Part shown: piece by piece, positions 1-12,500 of the stretch | Position numbering within the stretch: position 1 is the first letter of the stretch | Layout: every line of letters starts with the position of its first letter | Source: Isurus oxyrinchus | Taxonomy: Eukaryota | Direction: 5' to 3' | Length of the DNA stretch: 64,000 nt | Assembly: GCA_026770705.1 (NCBI GenBank) | Contig: JANJGN010000005.1 | Coordinates: 21,328,001-21,392,000 of the forward strand | The notes under the pieces: model-generated | Database searches by the model: none | What the model was told of the DNA's origin: nothing | The model's input: only the letters and a program-made list of their open reading frames with translations | Made by a program: the position numbers and the translations under genes

Positions 1-346
1 CAATCTTGTAAATGTGAATTTATGGCCTAATTTGCCTACACTGGAGCCTACAAACTCGCATAATTAAGGTTCAGATTCATCTGAACCAGTACCAGTATCA
101 TCCTAGATTTCTATATTTGAAATGGCCAGACAAAAACTTAAATTACTTGCTATTTAGCTTTGTCCAATAAAACATAATACACCTATATGGTAACATTTTT
201 TTACATCATTGAATATTTCTATAAATAATCAAACCTGTTAATTTAACTTTCCTTCTCCACTTGCTAAGTGCAACTAATTCAGAAAGCCCAAAATATGAAA
301 TTTCGAAAAACTGAAATGAATAGTAGAACAATTTGAATTTTTAAAA

Positions 347-415
347 AATCATTCATATGATGTGGGTGTCACTGGCTAGACTAGCATTTATGCCCATCCC
401 TAATTGCCCTCAAGA
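347..415 (-). repeat. Isolated 3' tail of HE1 SINE / HER1-like LINE
   Basis: Reverse complement of the shared tail (gagggcaattagggatgggcataaatgctag...cacccacatc...aatga) seen many times in the window. Confidence 0.7.
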
Positions 416-975
416 ATTAGCTGAAGTCTGCCATATAAGATGGTGGGGACCTTGGGATGAGGCCAAGAGGGATCCATCCACTGGGCGCTTCTGGTCAAAG
501 GTGATTGCAAACACTTCAGCATTGTTTTCCACTTAACTGCTGAATTCCTAGATGTAATCTGACTGGTTACAGTAATAGCTGCAACATAACATCTAGCTAT
601 CAAATGTAACTCTTCAGTTTAACAAGGTGGAAGGGCTATTAACATTTTAGAAGTTGGTAAGAACAAGATAGAAACTTTTAGCTAGCGTATATTGGTATCT
701 GTAACAATTTATTTCTGACCAGTCATGAATCTTAGTGCCGCTCAGTTGACCATTGTGCATAATTCTCAAATTGACATTTGTATCATGTTGTTCACACCCC
801 AGAATACTTACAATCAAGGAATTTTAATTGTGACCACAAAGGTAATGCAAGCAAACAACACCCAGGGTCCTAGGTGTTAAGTGACAGTAACAGCTAATCA
901 AACCTTGTGCCTGGATATTTTGAAGTAGACTTAAGTTGGAGGTCGGCCAAACCTATCTCTAGTCGCCATTGATTT

Positions 976-1715
976 GCAAGTGATGTTCATGCCAGGCAAT
1001 GGCCACCTCCAACAAGAGAGAATCTAGCTGTCGCCCCATTACATTCACTGAACCCCCACTATCAACATCCTGGGGGTTACCATTGACCACAAACTGAACT
1101 AGACTAGCCATATAAATACCCTGGCTACAAGAGCAGTTCAGAGGCTAGGAATCCTGTAGCGAATAAGTCACCGTCTAACTCCCAAAGCCTGTCCACCAGC
1201 TACAAGTCAGGAGTGTGATGGAATATTCTCCACTTGCCTGGATGAATGCAGCTCCAACAACACAAGAAGCTTGACACAATCCAGGACAAAGCAGCCCGTG
1301 TGCTTGACACCCCATCCACAAACACGGACTCATTCTGCCACCACCGCACAGTGACAGCAGTGTGTATCATCTACAGGATGTACTGCAGGAATTCACTAAG
1401 ACTCCTTAGACAGCACCTTCCAAACCCACGACCATCAAGAAGGACAAGGGCAGCTTGGGAACACCACCATCTGGAATTTCCCCTGCAAGCCACTCACCAT
1501 CCTGACTTGGAAATATATCGCCGTTCCTTCACTGTCGCTGGGTCAAAGTCTTGGAACTCCCTTCGTAACATCACTGCGGGTGTGCCTACGCCACAGAGAC
1601 TGCAGCGGTTCAAGAAGGCAGCTCACCATCACCTTTTCAAGGGCCATTAGGAATTGACAATAAATGCTGGCCTAGCCAGTGAAGCCCACAATCTATGAAT
1701 GAATAATAAAAAAAC
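976..1715 (+). mobile_element. HER1-like (CR1-clade) LINE, 5'-truncated 3' fragment
   Basis: ORF2 C-terminal remnant (LGVTIDHKL, KKLDTIQDKAA, KSWNSL, FKKAAHHHL) followed by the shared 3' tail and A-run. Confidence 0.85.
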
Positions 1716-2306
1716 TTATCCATCTTTACTGTTTTAGGGGGTTAGTGAACATGAATTGGATTCCAATTTCAAGAAATTAGACAAAAGTCCCTAGCAGCCA
1801 CTGGTTAATGATGAGGTAGAAAATGTCCTCGTTCAGAAAATGTTTTAGTCTCTTGCCTGCCCATACTGCTAATTTTGAAATTAGTCTTTTAACTATTGAA
1901 CTAAAACTGTAGATAAAGGTAAGATGAATATACAGACATATGTCCCAGAATAGCTTTTGATCACGTTGGCAAGTGGAATAACTTGAGAGCATCTTGAATA
2001 GAAAGCCCACGCACAATTTAAATATTTTTGTTTTCACTGCAGTGGGTGCACCTAGCATTCTGTTCTCTAAGTATTCTTGTGTGTCCTTAGTGCAAAGTGT
2101 TTAAAAATCCTACTGATGAAATGCAGTTAACTGGTAAAATCTTATACAATTAAATTTAAACCTCTTGGGGGTTTGTCATCAACGAACACCATTGTGTCAT
2201 CTTGTACCTAGTGCCACTGATGCCACAAATACTTTTATAAGTGCGTATTCCTCTGTACAGAGCACAGTTAAAATCCTAGTTTGATTAACTTTGAAAAATG
2301 TATTGC

Positions 2307-2655
2307 TTTTATTCGTTCATGGGATGTGGGCATCTCTGGCCAGGTCAGCATTTATCACCCATCTCCAGCTGCTCTAGTTCAGAGGGCATTTCAGAGTCAA
2401 CATTGCTGTGGGCCTGGAGTCACATTTAGGCCAGAGCAGGTAAGGACAGCAGATTTCCTTCCCTAAAGGACATTAGTGAATGGCTTTTATGACAATCGGC
2501 AATGGTTTCATGATCATCATTAGGCTTTTAATTCCAGATTTTTGTTGAATTCAAATTTCACCATCTGCTGTGGCAAGATTTGAAACCAAATCCTCAGAAC
2601 ATTACCCTGGGTCCCTGGATTACTGGTCCAGCAACAATACCATTACACCATTGCC
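2307..2655 (-). mobile_element. HE1-like tRNA-derived SINE
   Basis: Minus-strand A box TGGTGTAATGG and B-box-like GGTTTCAAATC; 3' tail shared with the HER1-like LINE; similar copies at 15348 and 58103. Confidence 0.85.
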
Positions 2656-2824
2656 ATGTCTTCTAAGGGTACTTTATAAAGTTGTTAAATAATAAATTTT
2701 CCTCATGAATATTTGTATAATTGATTTGCAGTTTTTCATCGGGAAAGTAGGATTTTTATTTGTGTGAAGATAATGCAAAATTTTGTCATTTTCTCCCCAA
2801 CCAGAGGGAATAATAGTCTTTTCT

Positions 2825-3310
2825 TATTCACTCTATCAGAACTTCCATAATTTTAAAAGCTTCTATTAAATCTTCTCTGGGTCTGTTTTGCTGTGGTGAA
2901 AATAGTCTCAATATCTTTGGTCTGTCTTCATAACTAAGTTTTGTGTGCCTGCTATAATCCTGATCAATGAATGCTCTCCATAGTTTTAATGCCCTTTCTA
3001 TTCCAAGATATCCAAAACTGCGCACAATACTCCATGATGTAGCCAATGTTTTTACAAATTTGCCATTACTCTTGTACTCTGTATCCTTTTACATAAAACC
3101 AAAAAGATTTTTACTTTGATGGGTTTGTCTGCTTCTAGCTTTCAAGGATTTCTATATTAGACCCCTTGGTTGTCTTATGTTCATCCAGATTTTCCATGGA
3201 GTGCATACTCCCTTGATTTACTTCCCAAAATGTATTATCCTCATCCTTTGCCACATTACGTGCTATCTTCCAGTTATCTGCTTATTCCATAACTTGTCTG
3301 TCTTTCTAAA
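2825..3310 (-). mobile_element. Decayed CR1 LINE fragment
   Basis: Minus-strand remnant LSYEDRPKILRLFS...DLIEAFKIM typical of the CR1 ORF2 C-terminus. Confidence 0.7.
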
Positions 3311-3431
3311 GCCTTTCAATTCTATGATTTGCATACGAAAATGAACAATCTTATGACACTTAATGAATTTTTTTCATTAAAAATTTATTTGGCACTTTGC
3401 AAACAATTCTTCAATGTTGGGTAACTTTCAG

Positions 3432-3572
3432 ATGCCTCCTGTTCGACAAGCAGCCACTGGAATGGATTCCGCACCATCAAGTGGTGCGGATACAGAAGAT
3501 GAATTGGAGGCTGTCCAGCAACAGAGTACTTTGCAAGGACAATTGCTGTTGTCCAGTTCAACAAGGCATTTG
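3432..3572 (+). CDS. CEP192: CEP192 exon (window exon 1), phase 0-0, MPPVRQAATGMDSAPSSGADTEDE...
   Basis: tttcag acceptor at 3431, TTG|gtatgt donor, 141 nt open, joins next exon in frame. Confidence 0.8.
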
Positions 3573-6500
3573 GTATGTAGTTTCTATTATACTTCTAAGG
3601 AAGGAGGAGGGGAGGGGGAGGGTGCACTCCTTTGAAGCTACTTTCTGTTTGAAGTTGCCAAAAAATTGAATTGGTAGGGATTAATCATTATTACATTGAC
3701 TTCTGCAGGTCAGCAGTGAGTTCACTTGTCAACATCCTTTGAATTTTATGATTTTATACAGGTGTGACTCTGAAACCTAATAACTTTAGAGCTTTTGAAA
3801 CTTTTGGGGTCAGATAACTTTTGTAAATGAGTTACAGTTATCAATTCCAAAATGTTAGGTCCAGGAAGTGGGAATAGATTATATATGGGAAAAAGTATAT
3901 TAACGGGAATGCAGGGGAAACAAAGATGACAGATGAGTATAAAACTCAGTCTTCACTCAAATACCAGAACTATCTTCAAATAGGAAATCTCAGTGGAAAG
4001 ATAGTACAGTCTTTGTCATAAGTCTGCCTGTAACCTAAGAATTAAATTTAGCACAGTGAGTTGCTTGTCTTTTGGTTTTAACGTTATCTTAAATTTCCAT
4101 TGTACAAGTGAATGCTGCCAATTGTTTATTAAGCTTACCAGTAAGTAGCAAAGCATTACATTTCTGAAAGGACTCCGATTTGATTCCTGGTCTAGGATGT
4201 GTTAGCTCAGCAGCGATAAAGTGCTACAACTGACGGCACATCCCCCTGAGTTTAAGCATGTGAAAAAGTGGCTAGCTTTCCCAATTGTATTTGCCTACTG
4301 GAATTAGTCATATGTGGGCATTGAGTGACAACAGTCTGAAACCTGGCTGTTTAGCAACACCCTGCTGATGTTTTCTGTTGAGGTGTGCGCATGTATATGT
4401 GTGCTTGCAACAATGATGGCCACTTAAACTGTCGGGCACATGTATGGCTTCACACCTTGGAGAGAAAATTGTTGAGGAAGCAAATGAACATGGGAATGAT
4501 TATGTATCCTACATAATGTTTATATTAAGTGTACTTTCATATAATTTAGGTTAATTTTCCACAATGCATTTTAGTCGGCGTTATTGCAAGGGGATTGGAG
4601 TACAAGAATAAGGACATCTTGCTACAATTGGCTTTGTTGAGACTGCACCTGAAGTACTGTGTGCAGTTTTGGCCTTGGTGTTTAAGGAAGGATATACTTG
4701 CATTTTAGGCAGTACAGTGAATGTTTGAAAGATTGGTCTCTGGGATGAGAGGCTGAGTAAATTGGGTCTTATATTCTCTGGAGTTTAGAAGAATGAGAGT
4801 TGATGTCACTGAAATACATAGGATTCTGAAGGAACTTAACTGAGAGATTGTTTCCCCTGACTAGGGAACCTAGAACATAGCACAGTCTCAGGGTGAGGGA
4901 TCAATCATTTAGGATTGAGTAATTTCTCCACAGCTCAATGTTGTGAATCTCTGGAATTCTCTACCACAGTGGAAACTTAATTGTTGACTATATTTAAGGC
5001 TGGAATAAGGCACGTTTTTGGGCTCTTGCGCACCAAGGGATATGGGGAGAGGTAGGAAAGTGGAGTTGAAGCCCAAGATCAGCCATGATCGTGTTGAATG
5101 GCAGGGCAGGCTTCACAGGACATAGGGGCTTCTCCTGCTCCTATCTCTTGTATTCTTAACATGGGAGAATTTCCCTACGGATTCAAAGATGGTGATTCAT
5201 GTTGGCATAGTTTAACAAATGCTACCAGCTGCTTAGCTTCTTGTGTGAATCTGGATGATAAGTAGTGATGGATTATTTAACTGTGGAAGATGTTTATAGG
5301 TGAACATAATCCCATACTTGCCTGGTGTCCTTACATGGCATTGCTATCCCGAGGCAAGTTATCTTCGCATAAAATGGGGATTGAACATAAGTTAATTAGT
5401 ATTCTGTGAAAAATATTTAATATCTTAACTTGCAATGCAGCTTGGAGAGAGCAATCATCCCAGCTTTAGGCCAGGATTGGAAGGTGGTAGCTCTGATGAG
5501 TCCATTGGACCACTTGATGAACTAAATGACATTGGATTTGAATTCAGAAGATCAGCAGAGGGTCAGGTCATAAACTCACCAGTTGTAGGTAAGCACATTA
5601 TTACTTCATATAAGACTGCTACTTAATCACTTTTCATACAATTAGGACGATACCTAGCTAAAGCTACAGGAGCATTATTCTGACGACGTTTTGCTCTCTT
5701 TATCCCTTTCTGTTGAAAGCTGGTCTCTGGTTGCCATTCTTGTTTTAACACTTGTTTCTTGTGCAATTAATTTTTTTTTGCTGAGTTCAAAACATTTTCT
5801 CCGTTTTTTTTTGTAATACACATCTAACCTTTTGACTGACTGCCTAGGCATAGGAAGTTTTATTTTTTCAGATGAGCTCCTTAACATTTTTTTGAGATTC
5901 CTATTAAAAACCTGAAGCAGGGTCCCAGTGTTGCCAGTTGGATCTTTGGTGGCATGCTTTGTTGGACTGAGTTATTTTTGGAAACCTTGGGCTCCAGCTG
6001 TGCATAGAAGGTTTCTATTCCTATGTCAAATTGGGATGGAAGTGTTTATTAGTAGTATTTTCTTGCGCGTTCAAGATGTCATGATAATTGTGCTCTTCAA
6101 AGTCTTATATGGAGAGCCAGTATCAAGAGTTCTTTTGGTCCATATTTTTGACCTCTGGCATCATTCACTGACCTGTCTCATGTTGTGGTTTCACTATCAG
6201 CTCTGGTTTATTGCGCCTGGATGATTTTATCTGTTTCAACTTTAGAAGAAGTAGCATTGACCCTGACAGTAGTGCTTTTACGCTGTTAACACAATTGTTA
6301 AAACCCTAATCTTACAGGTGGTGGAGGGGATGGTAGCAGTGGGAATGAAGAAGATGGAAATGTCGGTGTGTCAGTTATTCCTTCTGATTCTACAACCCAG
6401 GATGATCGGTGGGGATGTGAAATAGTGGACAGAAATATAGCTGGAGAAGAAGATAACAATATTAGTACAGCAACTGTTCCCTCTAATACTGCAACATACG

Positions 6501-9500
6501 ATAATTTGCGAGGCTTCAGAATTGTGGATAGGAATGTTGCTGGCCAAGATCAAGCACATAGTACACTTTCATTAAATGAGAATAAGGAATTTATTGTTGG
6601 TCAGAATGAGGTAAGAAAGTAAATGAAACACATTTAAAGTTTTCCATGTCATTTTTCAACCTAATGAACTCTATACCGCATCTGTAGATTTGAGTTGCTG
6701 TGATGATTAAATTTGTAGGATGTAATTTATTTACAAACTGCTTCCAATGCTGTAGTTATCTTCTCTTTTAGACAGAGGGTCGTTTAGGCCCAGTAGGCAA
6801 TGGAAAAGTTATTACCACTGTTCCTGGAACAGCTCTTAATTTATCCTCCAGAAGAAGTTCAACTCATCATCAGGAAGCTTCAGTAAGTGAAGTCCCTTCA
6901 AAGACCATAATTGCTATGATGTTTAAATCACTTCGGAATTTCTACCTACCGGAGGTAACATCAATGTCTGGCTTCAAAAGGATTGACTTATGGCCAATCT
7001 CTTAAGATATAAATGGAGAGAGAGAATTATGCAAGAAAGTGGAAATAGTTGCAGGGTGGGAGGGCCCTGGGCGCACCAACCTGGTGAGTATTCTGGAGTG
7101 AGAGAGAGAGCCTCACAGCATTATATCTCTCACAAAGATGTTCCCTCAAGTGAGGACTTGTATTAAGCATTTGCTAAGTTCAGTGTTGGGTTTTGGATAT
7201 CAAAAGTTGCCTTGCAGAAATCCTTCCCTATGCAGGGCATTGTAATGAGGAAACCCTTGAGCATGGAACAACAGCTGCAGGCTAGGGTTTGCAAGCATGC
7301 ATTCTTATTTTCATGGCTTGGTGCTTCTGCTTTTTTGTTTTTGGAATCTGAGCTCACAAAGCTGCGATTGTTGCCTATCCCTGCAGTCATTTGGAGGCAT
7401 AGGAGCAACCAGATACTGGTCAGACCCCACACTTCCAACTGGTGAATACAAGAAATAGGAGCGAGAGTAGGCCACAAGACCCATCAAGCCTCCTCTGCCA
7501 TTCAATATGATCATGGCCGATCTTGGGCTTCAACTTCATTTTCCTGCCCATTCCTCATATCCCTGAATTCCCTGAGACCAAAACTCTTGTCTATCCCAGC
7601 CTTAAATGTATTCAGCAATAGAGTACCTGCAATCCTCTAAGTAGGGAATTTCAAATATTCTCAACCCTTTGAGTGAAGTAATTTCTCCTCATCTCGGTTC
7701 GAAATGATCGGCCTCTTATCCTGAGACTGTGCTCTCTTGTTTTAGATTCCCTGACCAGTGGAAACAATCTCTCAGCGTCCACCTTATCAAGCCCCTTTGA
7801 AATCTTGTATGTTTCAATAAGGTCGTTTCTCATTATTCCAAACTCCAGAGAACATAAGTCCAATTTATTCAGCCAATCCTCCATAGGACAACCCTTTCAG
7901 CCCAGGGACCAATTTAGTGAACCTTCACTGTACCACCTCCAATGCAAGTATATCCTTTCTGAAATGTGGATATCAAAACTGCACATGGTATTCCAGTTGT
8001 GGTCTTGCCAAAACCCTGTACAATTGTAGCAAAACTTCTTTATTCTTGTACTCCAGTTTCTTTGCAATAAAGGCCAACATGCCATTTGCCTACCTAATTG
8101 CTTGCTGCACTTGCATGCTAACTTTCCATGCTGCTTGAATGAACATACCCAAGTCTCTTTGAACATTAACACTTGCAAGTTTCTCATCTTTTGAAAAATC
8201 TTCTGCTTTTCTAGTCTTTCGACCAAAGTGAATAACTTCACACTTCCCTGCATTATACTCCATCTGCTATCTTGTTGCCCACTCACTTTACCTGTCTATA
8301 TCTCTTTGCAGCATCTGTGTCCTCCTCACAGCTTACTTTTCTACTTAGCTTTGTATCATCAGCAAACTTAGATGAAGAGACAGAGTAATGTATCTAAGAC
8401 ATTAATATAGATTGTAAATAGCTGAGGCCCCAGTACTGATCCTTGCGGCACTCCACTGTTCTGCCTGCCAACTTGGAAAAAGCCCTGTTTATGCCTGCTT
8501 TCTGCTTCCTATCTGTTAACTAACCTTCTATCCATGCTAATATACTACCCCCCACTCCATGAGCCCTTATCTTGCCTATTAACCTCTTGTGTGGCACCTT
8601 ATTGAATGCCATTTGGAAATCCAGGTATACTAAATCTACTGGTTCACTTTTATTTGCCTGTTACACCCTCTGAGAAACTTGAGTAAATTTGTTAAACAGG
8701 ATTTCCCTTCAGTGAAGCCATGTTGACTTGTTCTAATCACACTGTGCTTTTCTAAGTGCGGTGTTAAGACTTCTTTAATAATAGATCCCAGCATGTTCCC
8801 AACAACTGACGTTAGGCTAGCTGGCCTGTAGTTCACTGTTTTTTCTCTCTCACTGCTTTTTAAGAAAGGAGGGAAACATTTGCCAACTTCCAATCTAATG
8901 GGACCATCCCCATTGAAACCACTTTGGTAGTAAATTCTGCTTGCCCATGCTGTGATTAGGAGAATTGTAGCATTGCATTTGATCATCTTAACAGGAAGTT
9001 GCACTGCTCATAATGACATTTGCAAAAACAAAAGCTACCTCTCGTCACATTATTTCTGCTGAACAGCCTGCACATTGAATTTATTCCCAGCTTCACGGTT
9101 CCACAATTCTTAAATGGCACTTTTATTGAATACACATGTTTCCGGTCTCAGCATTTTATTCCTAATGCTTTAGCATTTAAAGAAAGGCTCCCAATTTGAT
9201 TGAGTCTTTTGTCTTGGGTCTTTAGTTTACGGTATTATTTCGTGTTTTCTTCTCTGATTCTCTAACTTCCAAGTTCTGCTTTTCCACAGTACAATCTGGC
9301 CATTCTTCTTCTATGTCTAGTTTTGATTCCATTCGTTATTAGCAAATCTTCATCTTCCTAATTAGAAGCGCTCCATCTTTCATGAAGTAACCAGATTTAC
9401 TCTGTTTTCTGTTATTTATAAAACTAACACCATTTAGCACACCCAATAAGCCAGCTACATCATCTGCTATGATTCAATTCATTGGCTGATTATCCTACCA

Positions 9501-12500
9501 AAGACCAGGAATTGTCCTCCAAATGTAATTTCTGAGCCCTCATACTTCAGTTTCTTGATAATTAACCTAAAGCTATTTGAGCATACTCCTCTCCTGCATT
9601 ATTTATTCCTGCATGAACACCCACTTCCCTTCACTTTGGAATCTGAAACTTCGTGCCTGAGGCAGAGGAATAAGATGTTGATGGGGCCATAGTTTTTGTT
9701 TGAGCAGTGGAAATTGACAAGAGTTATAGATTGGATGGGAGGATGTCTGGGAGAAGGACCAAGAGGAAGCAGTTCAAGAGAGTAATCAGGGTCTCAAGCA
9801 TGTGGTGATGAAAAAGTGGTCTCATGCGTGGTATGACCATTGATGGGAAATCGATATGGAGAGCGAGGTTGATTGAAATGGACAGGCAAGGAAACAAAGA
9901 ACAAGGGGACTGGTTAGTTTTAAGTTGGAAACCGGTTGTATTACTTTGCAGCGTTAAAATTCCAATAAACTATTACTTTTTAGAATTGATTTCAGATTTC
10001 ACTAATGCCTTCTATGAAGCTAAATGCACTAGCACCTGCATATCAGTTGAGTAGACAGATGTAGAGTCAGTCTTTTTCTTTTTTTATTGTGACATGATCT
10101 CAAGCTCTGAAAAGCAAGTTCCCTTTAAAGATTGTTATTAAGCCCTGAATATTTTTTTTTGCTGTAAATTTGTGAGTCAGAACTTATAAAGACTGCAAAG
10201 TAATTTCACGAAGGATCCTTGGAGAGTTGGCACATATTACAATAGTCTGGGGTGGATTCAGTGGAGCCAGGAGAAGCAGTAGTGCAGTGGGCTTCAAGAA
10301 AATATGGTTTGTTTCTAATTATCTATCTCTTTTAGTTAAAAGCATTGTGCATGCAGTAGCATTGTTTTGTTTGATGGTTTTTATGGTGGCTTATAGCTTT
10401 AAAGATTTCTGCAACTGAGCCATTGGTAGCCTAAATTTATTTCTGTTTTGGTTCCACAGAATGCTATGAATACCAATGAAATGAAGCTGGATTCTGCATA
10501 TTTTCGCACTGTGGGAGGCAATATTACCACAGATGATCAGTTACTTTTTGCTGTTCAAGACTCACCTTTTCATCTTTCTCAGATCACCTGCTCACCTTGT
10601 GATAATGACGACTTGGGTCTTGGAGGTGGACCTTGTGGAGACATTACAATAGGCCAGTCAGCAGCTACAGGAAGTTGTAATGATGCTGATTGGACCTTAT
10701 GTGCTGATTCAGGCCCACCTCTTGCTGCTGCCTACTTATCACCTGTGTATCCAGATGAAAGTGCAATTGAGACATGGCAAGATTCCTCAAAAAACTCTCA
10801 GTTTCGTAAACAGCAGAAAGCTGAGTGGAGCACTGGGTGCTCCCAATGGGATAGTGGAGAAGGTACCCTTTTACAGTTACTAATTCTAGTCTGCATATTC
10901 ATGTAGATTGATTGAAGATGCTATGTGTTTTGCAGCTAGCTTGTGTAACTGATTCCAAAGGATTTACGCAATGAAAATATTGAATCCAATTGCTTTAATA
11001 TTACTACTTCAGCTTTTTTATCCTTTTAAAAAGAAGCAGTGATTCTATTCAACAAAAACTGCTGAGAACACAGAGGATGCAGCACTCCTGGGCACATGAA
11101 CATCATGTCGATTGCCTAATTGTCATCAGTAACATATTAACAAAAATCTTTTAGAAGTGGGACACTGATCCACACAGCCACGATGTAACTTTGAATTGAT
11201 AACATCAAGCAGGTGCAAAATGCATAGTGATATCTCTCTTTCTCTTCCCTGCTATGCCTACATAACATATACCTCCTGTGTCTATTCACCTGTTTGTTGG
11301 GATTAAAGCGAATGGGTTTGGGCGAATGGGAGACAGATAGAAAACTGATTGGCAGACAGGAAATAAACAGTAGGAATAAACGGGTCTTTTTCCGAACGGC
11401 AGGCAGTGACTAGTGGGGTACTGCAGGGGTCGGTGCTGGGACCCCAGCTATTCACAAAATATATATTAATAATTTTAGATGAGGGAACTAAATGTAATAT
11501 CTCTAAATTTGCAGATGACACAGAAGCTAGATGGTAGAGTGAGCTGAGAAGGAGGATGCAGAGATGTTTCAGTGTGATTTGGACAAGCTGAATGAGTGGG
11601 CAAATGCATGGCAGATGCAGCATAATGTGGATAAACGTGAGGTTATGCACTTTGGTAGCAAAAACAAGAAGGCAGATTATTATCTGAATGGCTATAAATT
11701 GAGAGAGGGGAATGTTCAACGAGACCTGGGTGTCCTCATACACCAGTCGCTGAAGGGAAGCATGCAGGCAAATGGAATGTTGGCCTTCATAGCCAGAGAA
11801 TTTGAGTACAGGAGCAGGGATGTCTTGCTGCAATTATACAGGGCCTTGGTGAGACAACACCTGGAATATTGTATGCAATTTTGGTCTCCTTATCTGAGGA
11901 AGGATGTTCTTGCTATAGAGGGAGTGCAGTGAAGGTTTACCAGACAGATTCCTGGGATGGTGGGTTTGACATATAAGGCGAAATTGAGTCGGTTAGGATT
12001 ATATTCGCTGGAGTTCAGAAGAATGAGGGGGGATCTAATAGAAACCTATAAAATTCTAACAAGACCAGGTAGGAGGGATGTTCTTGATGGTAGGGGAGCC
12101 CAGAACCAGGGGTCACAGCCTGAGGATATGGGGTAAACCATTTAGGACTGAGATGAAGAGAAATTCCTTCACCCGGAGAGTGGTGAGCCTGTGGAATTCG
12201 CTACCGCAGAAAGTAGTTGAGGACAAAACATTGTATGTTTTCAAGAAGGAGTTAGATATAGCTCTTGGGGTGAAAGGGATCAAAGGATATGGGGAGAAAA
12301 CGGGAGCAGGCTGTTGAGTTGGATGATCAGCCATGATCATGATGAATGGCAGAACAGGCTCGAAGGGCAGAATAGCCTACTCCTGCTATTTTCTATATTT
12401 CTTCTCTCTTCTCTGGAATCCTTCCCTCTCATTTCCCCCTTTTCTGTGGGAAAGTGAGAAAACATAGGAACTTCACCTGGAGAACTGCATTCAGTTTTGT

